From Lama guanicoe (Eukaryota), in NCBI GenBank assembly GCA_013239625.1, contig MU054323.1:11491815-11555814 (forward strand): DNA of 64,000 nucleotides, in the 5' to 3' direction. The translations under genes and the position numbers were made by a program. The stretch's first letter is position 1; the number at the start of each line of letters is the position of its first letter. Shown here piece by piece: positions 48,426 to 62,308 of this stretch. The notes beneath the pieces are model-generated. The model had not been told where the DNA came from. It worked only from the letters and a program-made list of their open reading frames with translations, and did no database searches.

Positions 48426-51111
48426 TAAAGCTGTCAACTTCACTGGGATAATGTGTTCCAGAAGCTAGTTCTAGGGTCTGTGGTGAAGGAGGAGACCCTC
48501 ACGGGCAGAAGGCCGCAGCTGTCCCGCCCCAGCTCACCCCTTAAAGCAGGGGCGTGTGCCTAGGCCACGGGTCCCAGAGGCACAAAAGTGTAATGAGCTC
48601 TTTCTCTGGGACTGACTTGCATCAAGGGCCTGCCTGGGCCACCTCTGTGCCAGCTGAGCGGCAGGGACCACTCAGGCTTCTGGCTGCAGGCTGAGCCAGT
48701 CAGATGTGCTATTGTAAAATGGCAATTTTATAATTAAGTGATTATATTTTCTGCAGTGTGTAACGGAAAATAAATGTAGTGTAAATCAATATGCTATTGA
48801 TTCATGCAAGTTTGCCTTTAAGTGTGTGTGACTGAAATTTCCATTATGGTGGAGAATACACCACCCACTCTCGCCATCCGTCTCTGCTCGTTAAAAAGTA
48901 GGAAATGGACCAATGCCTGAAGACGTGATTGTGAAGCCCCGTCCTTCTTCCAGCCTGGATTCAGGTGGGAAGGGTGAACCTCAGTACTCATCCAGGATAT
49001 GTGTCCTCCAGGGCAGGTGCTGTCAGGTCCACCCCCCGGCCCTGCTCTGCACACTTCTCCAGCCTGTTCAAAGGCCCTCACGAACCCCCGTGCCTGGAGG
49101 CTCTAAATCTAAACTCAAAGCTGGCGTCAGGCTCTCTGGCTCCAGCTCCCAACACTTCCCTCTTGGGTTCCTCTGCCTCAGGCCAGCTTGTTGGCCCTGA
49201 AAACGCTACAAACGTTCCTGGCTCAGCACAGTGGCCGACACTTCTCGCCTACCCAGTGATCTCTTCCAAAGTGAGTCATATTTTTTTTTTTCGGTTGAAC
49301 TCCAGTTCAACCCCATCCACGAAGCTTTCCCTGAACAGGCAGGCCCACGCACAGGAAGCCTCTCTTCCCTGATCTCTGGGGTCCTTTGTTGCCCTCACTG
49401 GTCATTTGCTACTTAGCACGAGGGACGTGGGCAGAACATCAGCTTGTGTGAATTTATTGCCTCTTCTCCTCAAGGGCAACGCGCCGCTGTTTGCCCTTCC
49501 TCATTCCTAGGGCAACAGCCACCCCCGAATCAGGGATTCTGGCTAATCAGATCGCCCCTGGCCCATGTACAGCAGCTTGGGGTGGTGACTGGGAGGGAGG
49601 ACTGGTAAGGGCCAAGGATTCCCCCCAGGGAGGAAGAAAGAATAGAGGCAGGATGAAAGGAGAAAGGGCAGCAGTGAGTAAAAACATTGTTCAGTGGTTC
49701 GTGGTTCTGCAAGTTCATCCCCTTCCGAGGCAGGGGTGAGGCAGGGGTGAGGCAGGGGGGACGAGCTGCCCTGTTCTCCAGAGGGCATCTGAGGTCACAC
49801 CCAGGTTTATTCTATGAATTCATGTTGGCTGTTTCCTCCCTGTCCGCCTCTTTCACTCTCTCTCTTTCTCCCCTTCTCTCTCGCATTCCCACCCTATACC
49901 CCCTGCAAGTTCATCTCACATTTGCCACGAGCCCACTCGCGCAGGGGCATCAGCTGTGAGGCTCACAGAGGATGGGGTGGCCCCTGTCACCATCCAGCCT
50001 GGGGCATCAGGCTCAGGGTGGGGACACCAGCCAACTCTGCATTCACCTCCAGAACACACTTCTCCCTGCATTGATTTTCACTGCTTGTTGAGGCCTGTTC
50101 TCCTGTTAAGAATGAATGCATGGCATTTCCTTTCAGATCATGTTCTCCTTCACGCTAAGCTGCCATGGCAGGCCCACGTGTCTCGACACTTTCCATGGGT
50201 CTAACACAGACAGGCCTTCAGAGACATGTCGGGGGCTGGGCCCTGCCGGGTTCTGAGACGAGCCAGTACCCTGTCGCCAGCCTGGCATCCCTCTCGGGAC
50301 TGCCGTCTCGCTCTCAGTCAGCAAAGGGACAGGGACCAGGGCTTAGTCCTCCTGGCAGCTGGGAAACGCCAGCCCAGCTCCCTGGGGACTACTGACCACA
50401 CAGTGGGGTCCCCACCAGTCGGCTGGGACAGAGAGCAGCTGCCGGGGACACAACCAGCCGAGGCATCTGAGACCCACTTAGCCCTGCTCACTCCTTCTAT
50501 AGCAAGGTGCCAGTCCAGGCACCCATTACACATGAGCATCTAGACCGGTAGGGCAGGACGGATGACACAGGTGGACTGAGTCAAAAAATTAAAAACAAAA
50601 ACCAAAAAAACCAGATCATTGCCTCAGCTCCCAATTCCCCCAGAATGAAGCCTTCTCTGTCCTGATCCCATGGCATCATCAGGATCAGAATCCCATGGGA
50701 CCCCTTCATGGGCTGAGGCTCTCTCGCTCCATACCCACCTGCCATGTAGAACTTGGCTCCGGCCATGCCCCACCCCAACTCCTCTCTATTTTTTACTTCT
50801 TCTTGGTATATGGGTTCAATGCAAGACTATAACCTTCTGGAGGACAGACACTCTTGTTAGCTGTCTATATCCCACAGCTCCCACCCAGCATGGTATACTT
50901 AGTACAGAGAGTACACAGCAGGTGTCTAATAGATGCTTGGCGCATGGCATCATGGGAGTGTAAGACGGACTAACAGTCACACGTAGGTGTGAGCTGGACA
51001 GACCTGCAGCGAGGTGCGCAGCAGGAGTGAGGTATGCTGCCCCTGTGGGCCAGGGTGCGTCTCCAAACACTGGGTCTCGCTGAGGGAGAGAGAGGTGTTC
51101 AGAAGCCATAC

Positions 51112-51197
51112 CCATCGCTCCAGGGCCCTCTCCATTCGACCTTGCCCCAGGGGTTCCACAGGCGGACGAGATATTCCCAGCTCCTCCTGTACCAAAC
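51112..51197 (-). CDS. CAPN13: CAPN13 exon ~8 (86 nt): [28 protein letters not shown](G), contains catalytic Asn
   Basis: Acceptor tctcctctgcag, donor GG|gtatgg; NPWG motif. Confidence 0.95.
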
Positions 51198-54100
51198 CTG
51201 CAGAGGAGAACAGAAAAGGGAGACTGTCAGTGTTCGCCAGCAAAAGTCAGCGGAAAAGAGGGAATACGAATGCGGCTGCTTCTTACCTCCAAGGACTAAT
51301 TTAACTTCTGACCTCATTTGGCTGCAGCCAGAAAAAAAATTGAAAGGGAAAAAATCAATGTCTCCGCCGGCATGGAGTTGGAATGAGATCAAAGAGAAAA
51401 TGGCCCCTTTCTGCTCAGCACCTCAAAGGGCAGGGGCAACTTCCTCATTCTGTAGGACTGCATCCTAAAACTTGTGTGAGCTGAGACTTAACAGCAGATA
51501 AACATCGGTGGATGGTGTCTCGGGCTGCAGAAGGGAGATCTTTATGCGTCCCCAGCCTCCGACACACCCTGCCACAGCCAGCATCTCTCTTCCACAGAAA
51601 TAGCCGCTTCGTTGCCAGCTGCCCCTCGGGACATGTGCGGGGTCTCCCTAGCACTGTCCTGAGTGAGGCCAGCAGAGGAGGCTGATCTGAGCAAGACCAG
51701 GACTCGGGAGTTGAGCCAGCCCCAGCCTGCAATCCCTGCCCGTCGGGGAGCAGGCACCTCCATGGCCTGAGCTGTCCTTCCTCCCCCAGGGGACCGCATC
51801 ATCATCGCTCCCAGACTCGTGGAGGCTGACACATGTGCTTCTTCAGACCACTGAGGCCAGAGGGCAGACCACTGAAAAGTTATAGCAAAACAATCACAGC
51901 CCTTTGAACTTACTTTCCTGGATCCAGGAGGCCTCAGCCTGGTGAGAGGAATTAAAGCATGATTGAGTTGTAGCGGTGCTATTGATCTATGCTAATGTTG
52001 TCTGAGGAGATGGAGGCCTGGAGGGGTGTCAGAAGGAGGGCACTTGTTCAGTGATTCCAGGCAGAGGAGACAGCGAAAGCCCCGAGGGGACTCTTCCCAT
52101 GTGGAAATGAAACTGGTATGTGGAGGCAGGACTTGGAGCCAGGCCTGACTGTGACGTGTGCTGGTCCTTCTATCCTCTGAGCTAGATGTATATAGAATTC
52201 CCATCATGCAGAGGAGGAGACTGAGCATCAGAGAGGTTGAGCAACTTTCCAAAGGCCACACAGTAAGTGGCAAAGGAGGAATCCTGATCTCAGCTACTGC
52301 CAGTTTCCAAAGCCCAGGCTCTCAACCTTGGAATGCGAGTGGATAAAGGACACAGCTGCTCTAGGGCCCAGCCCCTTCTCGGATGTAGCTGAGACCCTGA
52401 CCTTGCAAGTAACCCCTGGGCCAGTACATGCTCACCAATAGGGAAGTACCATGAAGGGGCAATGCAGTTAGATGAGGGCCCAAGGACCCGGCTTGGGTGA
52501 GGTTCTTTTCTGTCTAGTTCTATATGGCTGACACCACAGTGGAAGGTACTTTGACTTTTAATGTCATGTGGCATAGGGGTGCCCCCTCTGCCTCACCCCC
52601 ACGCACTCCAGGCTTTACACACGTTGCATTGTTAACTGCGAGCACGTGACAAAGCCCATAGTACAGGGATGTGAGAAATGGTGGTCTGGTGGCCCAAAGT
52701 GCTTAATGAGCCACCCTCAGTGCCTCAGGGAGAGCAGGGACTCAGGCTGGTGTAGGGGAGAAGGGTGGCCAGTGACTGGAAGGGGCTGAGAACAGAGCTA
52801 AATGAGGCATGCCGAGAAACACGCACCCCCTTGCCCAGGGGAGTCACCGCCCCAGCTAGGTGCAGAATAAAACATGCCAATTTCATTTATCTTCCTGTCT
52901 GTGTCCCGCCCAGAGGGAGGATGAGCAGATTAAAAAGCACACTGCATTTATGGGCTGGTTTAATCTTAGCTCTTGTGGTCGGAGTTACAACCTCCTCCTT
53001 CTGGAGGAAGAATCTTTAATCAAGTCAAGTTCTTGGGCCCTTGTCTAACAGGGTCACTTCTTTTTGATAGTGTCCTGTTGATGATCATGTGGATCATGGC
53101 CAGGTGGCTCAGGGGTCACATTCGAAGCCAACATCACAGCTGCATCTGAGAATGGGCTGGGCTGGCTTATTGGCTTCACTCTCCTGGCTACTGACTGTAC
53201 CCTGACCCTGGTCAGATCTCTCTGAAAGGGTACCACTGGGCAAGAGGAGATCTAGGTTATCTGTCCTCAGATAATATTTCCTTAAAAGTATTCTCTTAAA
53301 TGCTAGTTCCATAGGCTGTTAATAGTTACTCCTAGAAAAGATGGTTTCATGGCTAATGGTAGATTAAAACCAAACTGTATTGTTAATACAGGCCTTCTCA
53401 GAGCCTTTAAAAGGCTAATATCCATTGTGAATCTCCAAATAGGGGTACAGTGAGCTGCATTTGGAAAATTGCTTTCACAGAGCATCTAACCGGGCTGGCG
53501 CTCCTTAAAGCACTTGCTAGGAAGCACCAGCGGCCACAGAATGGCAGGAATGGCAGGGATGGACCATACAGGACAGGTCTTTGTCACCTATCATCATGGG
53601 GGGGTGTCCTATTCAGACTGCTCTGTGTATTATAAGAACAACTCAGAGTGTGTGCTCTGGGGAATCAAACATTTGAGCTGTGAGCAAAGTCATCGGGAGC
53701 CCAAACCCCCTGAGCCCACATTTTGACTCGCGAGTTCATGCCCATGACCTTGGCCCAAGGCGTTTCCTTGGCCGCTCTGTAAGCGGCCATTGCTGCCATC
53801 CCTATGCCCAGCTGCTGCAGGACTCATATTCCAAGGCCATCTGGACCTCTGGATACACAAGTCCCTTCTGCCCCGTGTTCGGAGGATAAACAAAGGCTGT
53901 CTCCATGTATTAAAGGGGGCCTTGTCCAGGAGCGACAGGCACATCAGCAGGGACCATGGCCCCCTCCTTCCATGCCCAGCACAGACGTCACAGCTCTCTT
54001 CTTCCAAATCTGGAAGCAGAGCCAAAGTCTTGTCAACACAGTAATCCAGGCAGCACTGCCAATTGATTGAGGTCGGCACACAAGAAAACTGATTTACTCT

Positions 54101-55044
54101 CCCTCGCCTAGACTTGTCCACATCCAGGACGGGGAGCTACACAGAGCTGAATGCCCAGCTGTGGCCAGCTGTGATGATGGTATTGTCTGTCTCTGCTGAG
54201 AATTCGGAGAAAGACGTGGGAGATTCCAGAGGAAGAGCAGCCGGAGCCGCTCTGACCGGGATGGCATCTGGCCTGGGTTAGCAGGGCCCCTTCGGTGCTT
54301 GTGGGAAATGTCTTTTGAGACCTTTCCATACATTCTATGATGGAGGGTCAGTGATGTCATCTTCACAGGCCGAGGACAAAGGCATTCATTCACTCATGCA
54401 AGGGCACTCACCCATTGATCCAATGAGCATTTATTAGGTGCCTACTCTCCTCCAGGTCTAGGCAGCGGCAGCATTTTGGTGCTGATTTCCTCAGGGAGAC
54501 AGGGTGGAGACACATGTGTTGTCTCTGTTTTGCAAATTGGAACAGTCACCCAAACACAAAACAATGGAGCAACCGGCCTCAGGTCAGTGGACAGGAGAGA
54601 CAGACTGACACCCAGAGAGGGAGGGCAAATACGAGACACAGGCCAGAAATAGAACCTGATACTCTGCATTCCTTGGCTCGTAAATACCCACGAAAAATGG
54701 ACCCTGGAGTTTGCAACACTGTCTCTTAGGGCCTAGGAGACCTTATTGGACCTCGTGAGTTGTGAGAAGTACAGAGATGGGGGAGCAGCTGTGGGAGATC
54801 ATCACAAGGTCAGGGAGTGTGTCCCCGCACGCCTGCAGGGGACGCGGAGACGGGAAGTGAGGAGACGTGGTGTCTAGGCCCAGCTGTTTCAAGTAGCTGT
54901 GTCCCCCTGACTGTCCCCTCCCAAGCCTCAGCTTCTCATTTACGAGTGGAGGAGGCTGGACTTTGGTCATGTTTTATGGACCAAACGATACTGCACACAG
55001 TGATAACATGCATTTTTGTCCACCCAAAGTTGGTTGTGGCATTA

Positions 55045-55445
55045 AAGGGAAAGACTGTCCCCGAAGAGCCATCTTCCCCTCTTCCGTGGGAGTAATGCTT
55101 TAGCTGGGCACATGGTGGCCTGACTAGATGGTCTGTTTTCCAGATATCCTTGGGCCACTGGGTGGCATGTGATTCGGTCCCGACTAATGGGATCTGAGAG
55201 AACATGGGCTGTGCCTTGACTGAGATGTGCCTTCCTTCTGGGTGTGTCAGTCCCCGGCCTCTTTTTCTTCCCCTGGCTGGGAGATGAGGGGACCTGGAGC
55301 AGCTGCCCTGGGCTCACAGGTAGAAGCTACCTCCCAGCTCTGGAGTCACCTGCTACCCAGAGAGAAATGAACTGTATCCTGCTTGAGCCCCTGCATTTTG
55401 GAGTGTCTTTGTGGGAGCAGTTGGATTGGTACGTCACAGATAAAA
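55045..55445 (+). mobile_element. ERVL LTR (LTR16-like) remnant
   Basis: gctgggcacatggtggcc...ggcatgtgat...gagagaaatgaactgtatccttgcttgagcccctgcattttgg. Confidence 0.45.
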
Positions 55446-55776
55446 CACTTTCAGGGTAAAACTTCCCCCAGAGTCGACTGGGTAGTTAATTCTGCTTTCA
55501 CTTTGGGTTAATCCCTCTGTCTGGCTAGACACTCAGCCTGTCTGAGGTCATTTAAGGATAGTGAGATCTCTGGGGGTCCCTGAAGGATGAGGATGCTGGG
55601 TACTAGAACTTCTGGATGAAGAGGAAATGAGGTTGTCCAGGATGGGCAAGGACATGGTGGAGGCCAAGGGTGATCAGGACTCGTGTCAGCTTTGTGGGGC
55701 TCACTGAGGCACGTGATTCTGACTCCTGTTTAGGGGAGTGAGCACACTGGGGCACAGTGTTCACAGGGAGCCTTAC

Positions 55777-55851
55777 CTGCTCAGCCCCGGTCACCGTGTA
55801 GGCATGCCGACTCACCAGCCCATTCGCCATCCTCGTGGACTCACTCATCGG
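55777..55851 (-). CDS. CAPN13: CAPN13 exon ~7 (75 nt): PMSESTRMANGLVSRHAYTVTGAEQ, contains catalytic His
   Basis: Acceptor tctcctttgaag, donor CAG|gtaagg; GLVxxHAY motif. Confidence 0.95.
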
Positions 55852-56741
55852 CTTCAAAGGAGAAAAGCAGACTAAGCATTAAACATTCACACGTTCCTCA
55901 AAGACACAGAAAAGCACAATACAGTCAGCAGCTGAGCTGTGGCCAGATGAGAAGCATCCCACTGATTCCAGCATTAGAATGGCTTATATTCCTGGAGCTC
56001 TTTCCTAGAGAGGCAAAGTTTGGAGGCTGTTGGGTGGTTGAGGCTCCAGGCATTTTATCTTCCAGAGAACACTTCATGGTGGACAGAATCCCACTGAGTC
56101 CTGAGGATCTGGGCTGCTTGCTCCTCCAATCACTCATCATCGAGACACAACACAAAACACATCTGCTGGGCATTTCGGAGGAGTCAGGAAGACCCACCAT
56201 CTCCTTGCTGTGAGTTTAAAGTGCATCTGAGGTTTCAGATGGCCTTTCAGACTAGGGATGTGTGACTCACAGCACACATTTAAAGAGTGAGGTGTCCTCA
56301 TGGGGGGCGTTGGCTGTCTTAGAACAAACTCAAATAATTTGGAGGATCATCCAAGCTCTGCCCTTGGAGCCAGTGAGAATCAAACCCCTCCCCCACGGCC
56401 ACTCCGGATCACACTGTTCCTGGTCACAGGGAAACACTAGGCAAAGGCTTCAGAGTCAGACAACATGTGAACCCTGCTCAGCCACTTGTTGGCTGTGTGA
56501 TGGTGAGCATTTTGCTTAACCATTCTGAACCCATTTCCTCCTCTGCTAGTGAATTCTGCAGGCCCTCTTTCAGATGGAGGGCTATTGGGGGGATTAAATG
56601 AGATGATGATGGTAAAGCACAGCATCAGTGCTCCACCATGACAGCCACTTGGCCACTCCCCTTCCTAGCTGAATGGGCCAGTGGCTGAACACTCCTGAGG
56701 AAAGGCTTGGACCACTGCAACGAGATTCCTGTTCTACTCAC

Positions 56742-56916
56742 CCCAGTCAGGGTGCCGCAGGTCATCAGGGAGCCAGCCTCGGCTGCCTTCTTCACCATCA
56801 TCACCAGGTCAGGCGAGGAGACATGCGGGCTGATGTTGGTGACCACCCCTCCCGAGAGGTCCATCAGGGCGTCAGGGAGGTAGCCATAGTGCAGGTTGAC
56901 ATAGGACCCATGAAAC
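56742..56916 (-). CDS. CAPN13: CAPN13 exon ~6 (175 nt): FHGSYVNLHYGYLPDALMDLSGGVV...AGSLMTCGTLTG
   Basis: Acceptor tttcgcccag, donor GGG|gtgagt; phase 2 to 0; within ORF 56625..57023. Confidence 0.95.
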
Positions 56917-59900
56917 CTGGGCGAAAGAAAGATCAACCCTTGTGGTGCCTTCAGTGCCTCCAGGAAGGAAGGTTGCACACCAGACCTCTGCATACTTCCT
57001 GGGCGAAGGACTTCCCCATTCACCCCAGGCTAGAGCCACCCACCCACCTTCCATTCCCCTGGATAAGATAAAGTGATGTACCACCCTTACCACTTCCTTC
57101 CCCTGGTCTCCCGGGCCTGGGCTGCCCTGCAGGTGGCAGTCTGGTGTAGAGGTTAGGAGCGCAGATGCTGGAGCCACAGGCCTGGGGTCTAATCCCAGTC
57201 TCACCAGATATTTAGCTGTTTGGCCCTGGACAAGTTAACTTAACCTCATAGGGCAGGGCTGAGCATCATGCCTGGCATTCAGGAAGCCTTTAATAAATCT
57301 CGGCTCTCATTATCCTGAGGATCCACTGTTTCCCACTTAGTTTGGCAACAACGGTAAGTACTTACATGTGCAGGGTCTCTTGCTGGGCACTGAGCGTTCA
57401 AAGATGGGTGAGACCCCGTTCCTGCCCTCTAAGAGCCCGCAGTCAACAACCCTGACACCCACCATGGTCACAGGCAGCCTCCGCTCTCACCCTGTGCAAA
57501 GCCTGATCCAGAAGCCCCATTCATTCCTAGAACTAACCCACTCACCCCAGAATCCTCAGGCAGTTGACGTCACTGAAGGTAACACAGGTGGGGACAAGTC
57601 TTACATAACACAGCCCCAAGACAAACCACTTAAAGCTCTCCTACCTGTTCTCCAAAGCACCTCATCCCCCTCTCCCACGGGCTTGCTACTTCTGGACCTA
57701 CACCCTGAGAAATGCCTGTCCTTACTGCCCCGTGTCTGCCTTCCTCCCAATTCTCCCCCGACCTGAGTAGCCCGTCCCCTAAGAGCGAGGCAGTTAGTCT
57801 CCAGATTCAAAAGCCAAACTGCTCAGGCCCACTCTGGGCTCCCCTCTCATGAGCTCTCAGTCACAGGCAGGATGTTGAATTTTTCAAGGGCCCCCTTTGC
57901 TCATCCGGGGAATGGGCACGTGCCAGCCTCAATGGGCAGCTGCAGGGTGCTGCCAGAGGGGGCACGTACAGCACATGGAGGGTGTCTGCTCACAGTGGGG
58001 GGGGCTTGCTGTGGCATCAACAGATCCAGCAAGTCCCTGCTCCCCTGCTTCCACAGCCCAAGTTGTCACTCCCTTCACAACAGCACTCCCCACTGAGACG
58101 CTTCCCCTTCAGAACCACTCATCAGGCCGCTCTGCCTTCCTTGGGTGTCTGTCTGCTATGAGAGCACGTGCATCACCTTGGAAGGGAGGGAGTGCCTTAG
58201 GGCCCCCAGGAAGGCTTCTGAGAGGGGACACAGCTCTGAGTTGAGTTTTATTCGGGTTAGCACAGTGGGACGGGCATTCTGGGGAGGAAGAATCAAATTG
58301 GGGAGGTTCCTGGAGCCGGAAGAGCACAGTGGGAGGGGGCCAGTGATGGGCTGACTGATGTCCCCTGGAGAGAGGGTGGATTTATCGATCAGAAGAAGAA
58401 CCACTGAAGCAGAGGCCAGAGGAGGTCAGATTTGTTTTGAGTACTCATGTTCCTGTCAGTGGGGTGAACTGGAAAGGTTGCCATGGAATCCTAAAATATA
58501 GGCAGGGGAAACCCACAACAACAAAGAGCTAAGGCCAAGCTGGGCAAGAGATCCTGCCTCCTGGTGTTAAAACCACTCAGTGGGTGTGTCCCTCACCATT
58601 GCCCCAGGCCAGGGGCCTGAACGTTCCTGTCCCTGAGGGGCAAGCAGAGGCTGAGCTGCTCACAAGCTGCTGGCCATAGGGAAGCTCCAACTGTGGCTTG
58701 CTTTCTAGAAATGCAAAACCATGCGGGGATCATGTGTAGGTCCATCCCTGCCACCACCTCCAGGAGGGTCCTTGGCCTCAGACAAGACCCCTCCCAGTCC
58801 TCAGTTGTTCACCCGGAAACAGTGAGGTTGATGGATCAACTCTGGGGCACCTCAGACACCCCTCTCTCACCACATTGCCACCTCAGCCATCACTCCTGGG
58901 GATCACCCAGAGTTCATGGAAACTCACTCCAGCAAATACGCATCAAGCTACCACTCTCGATCAAACACCATCCCAGACACAAACGCCGTGCATGGCTGAG
59001 AGATTCTTGAATTAACGAAAGCTAAGGAAACACAGAACCTGAGGGTCATTCTACATAAACCAGGTGACAGATGGATTTCAACTTGTTCCTAAACTGGTTC
59101 TAAATCTCTTTCTGTCTCTCCCTCTCTCTGACTGGGGTTATGCTCGGTCAGTCTTAGACTCTTATCTCCGGCTTGTTTGCTCAGTCAATGGCAAAGCTTC
59201 CCTTTGGCTAGGGTCATGCCGCGCTGGGTCTCAGTGTCTGACTCACTTGATTTCCCACACTTCCTGACTCTGGGTCCCAGGTTAAGAGGGCTTTGCTGAG
59301 GGTGCCAGAAGTCAACCCAGACTAGGGTTCTGGAACCTGTTCCAGAGCCCACCAGCATGACCTCCCATAACGCCATGCCCCCTTTCTGGTGATGCTCAGG
59401 GCCCTCCCTGGCTGAGCTGCACCGGAGCCACTTCCAGAAAAGCATCTGCTGGCTCTGTCCCATCATTGCAGGTCCACTGCCTCAGGGTCTGATGCCGTGC
59501 ACCCATGCCCTTCCGCAGTCACCACCGAGACACCTAACGCAAGGGCCAGCAGCCCCCTCTCTCAGCTCCCCACAGCCTTCTCTCCCTGTCTCCAGGATGC
59601 CCACAAAGCCTGTCCCAGCAGCAGCTGAGGGTTTGGACAAGGAGCTCTCACCCTGCTTTTACAAACATGAGCTCATGGATCCCGCTGGCATTTCGGGGAC
59701 ATGGCAACTCTTCTTACCCCCTTTGTTCACAGGACATGGAAAAGGAAGGGAAGATAGAGAGCACTGAGCTCGCCACATCTGTCACTATGCCTTGTCACCT
59801 GATCCCAGGAATTCTGAGAGCTCCTTGTTCTCTTAACTCCACTGCAGCCTCATTTGGGGGAAATGTCTACCTGCCTGGCAATGATAGGAGAGGGAAGAAT

Positions 59901-62174
59901 TCAGATGTCATACAGCAGCCAGAAAGGTTGCTGAAAGGCTGCAATTCTGAGCTGCAGAGATCCAGGGAGGATGTTATGCAGCCTACCAGATCTTGTTCCC
60001 CACTCTCCTATCCGATGACCCTTGAGGGGGAAAAACCTGCAAACATAGATCTCTTTTCCCCGCACATCTGACTCACTTGACCAGTTCATCTGCAGATTCC
60101 ACAGCCACAAGGATGGCTGAAAGTTTGGAGTCCATGTGTTGACTTGGTATTGCCTACACTCTGGGCGGGAAAGGGGACCATGTCCACCAGGATGGGTGGG
60201 TTCTCCACGCTTGCACTGCGGTCCTGTGTGCCAAACACTGTGTTCCAGAGAAGCAAAAAGACAAATCCTCTTCCTATAGGACTGACAGTATCAAGGAATG
60301 ATGGAAAAGCACGTGACTGGGGAGGACAGATCTGATCCCAGCTCGGCCTCAAACACTTGCCTTGACCTTGGGCAAGTCATTTCACCCCACTGAGCCTCCG
60401 TTTCCTCATCTTTCAAAGAAGGTAAGGTTTGATGCTGACAGAGGCCCAGTCTAGCTCTGATGTACTATAATTCTTTTTGATTTCCTCCTGTGTTCTGTAA
60501 GCTCCTTCATTGGATGGAAGGAAATCTTTTAAGTAGCTTCAGTGTTTGAAACATTTTCTCCTGCGCTAGATTTCTTCAGGCAGGGGATTGTGGATTCTGG
60601 GTCCAGTTTCCCATTTCCTTTCAAGCTGAATGATTGCTTTAGGTCAGCTGTTAACAAAATGGGGTCAAAGTCATCATTTCATCTGCGAGCTTTCTAATTC
60701 TCCAAGTAAACTGCCGCTCTAACCCCCTTTCAATAAGGGAAAAGCGAGGCCCCGGAGTGGTGAGCGTGGAGTCCACCCTGGAAAGATAATGGCAGTGTTT
60801 GTATAAGTAGCTTAGAAGTGAATTAACCTCCCCAAACACACGGAATGCTTCAACCCCCCTGCCCGTTATCTGGGCTTCGTTCTCAAATGCTACTGACCAG
60901 CTCTTCCCAACACAGGGAATGAGCAACTGCTTTAGTTTTGTACAAGTTGTATCAAAAGAAAGGATGCACAAGAAGAGCTCTTGAGATGTGCCCTCCACAG
61001 GACAGGGACTGGGTGGTCTGTGGGGTTGTCACCACTCCTCGGGGCCCAGGACTGGACGGGGCGGGTCTTTAGTCTTGCCCAATGATGTCCCTTGGTCAAA
61101 CGGCCAAAGACCTCAGTAGGCTCAGGTTGCCCACTTATACCTGTCATTGCATCCCTCCTCAGAGTCTTGGCTTCCCCAACTGTCATACGAGGGGTCGGTG
61201 AGGAAGATCTTTGGGTAACCTGGTTCCGCGACACCTTCTGCTATTCATTTTCTCCTGAAATGTGTGGACCTCTGTCCTTTGGTCTCCCAGTGTTGATTTC
61301 TAGCTCTGACATGCCCCCACCCTGTGTGGGTCTCAATGACAGCGACTTCATACACACACAAACTGATACACACACACGTACTCATGCACACATCCATGTG
61401 AGCCAGCCTGAGAGTCTGTTCCAGTGCCCAGGACAGTGCCTGGGCTATGGTAAAATGCACAATAAAATCTGTTGAATAAAAGCAACCCAAATTGTCTTTG
61501 TGAAACATGTGACTTGGGGAGTGTACAAGACCTTGAGCTTGTTAACCCCAGAAGGTCGCCCCTGACTCATGGTGTTGGGAGTGTATAATAAGCAGCAGCT
61601 CCCGCCCTGCCCCGATACACAAATGCAGTCTGACCGCAGCCTCAGGGGGACCCTGGGTCACTGCTCAAATCAGTCCCATTGCTGGGGATGCCTCCCCCAT
61701 GTACCTATCTCCTCTCCCCCTGTTGAAATCCTACCCATCCTTCAAGGTCTCACTCAATACACCTCCTGGTGCAGCCTCAGCTGACATAGTGAGTCAGAAA
61801 GTCAGAACTGTTCTCTCTCTCCTCTGCCCTCTCAGTGGACTTTGACCATGACATTATATTTTATTTGGGCCCGTACACCAGCCCGTGCAAAAGTATCAGG
61901 CAATGCCTCTCTCTGTCCAGCCCTGCTCTGCCTACCCCTTGCTATGTGTCTCTGGGTCCCTCCCAATAGCTCCAACACAGACTTGCACACAGTGATTGTT
62001 TAGAGGATGCCTAGGGAGGTGGCAAAGGCTCCGATGCTCCCAAGGGCACTGCTTGCATTCAGCAGAGCTGCTAAAAGTCCTAGGGCTGGCTGGTGGGGAG
62101 CATCTGTCCGGTTAAGTGGCCAGGCAGGCAGGGCCAGTATCCAGGCCCTGGGCAGAGGGTGGGCCCATCCTTAC

Positions 62175-62308
62175 TTGGCATAGGCTTTCTCCAGCAGGCA
62201 GGGCCAGAACTCTTGTTTGTTGCAAGGCTCCACAAATAGGTACTCCTCGTTCAGGACAGGCAGGCGATCGTCAATCACCACTTCTACCCACTGGCCACAC
62301 TGCCAGAA
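62175..62308 (-). CDS. CAPN13: CAPN13 exon ~5 (134 nt): [44 protein letters not shown](K)
   Basis: Acceptor tctcccctccag, donor AA|gtaagg; calpain protease-core motifs. Not present in the ORF track in this frame. Confidence 0.95.

Larger units (their letters stand above)
19395..62308 (-). other. CAPN13: Calpain-13 gene, 5'-incomplete (exons ~5-23; continues beyond window end)
   Basis: 18 coding exons splice in frame to 535 aa with calpain motifs ([40 protein letters not shown]), a C2-like domain and a penta-EF domain ending WMNLVMYN*. Sequence and exon sizes match CAPN13 as I recall it. The 3' end coordinate is approximate. Confidence 0.95.
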
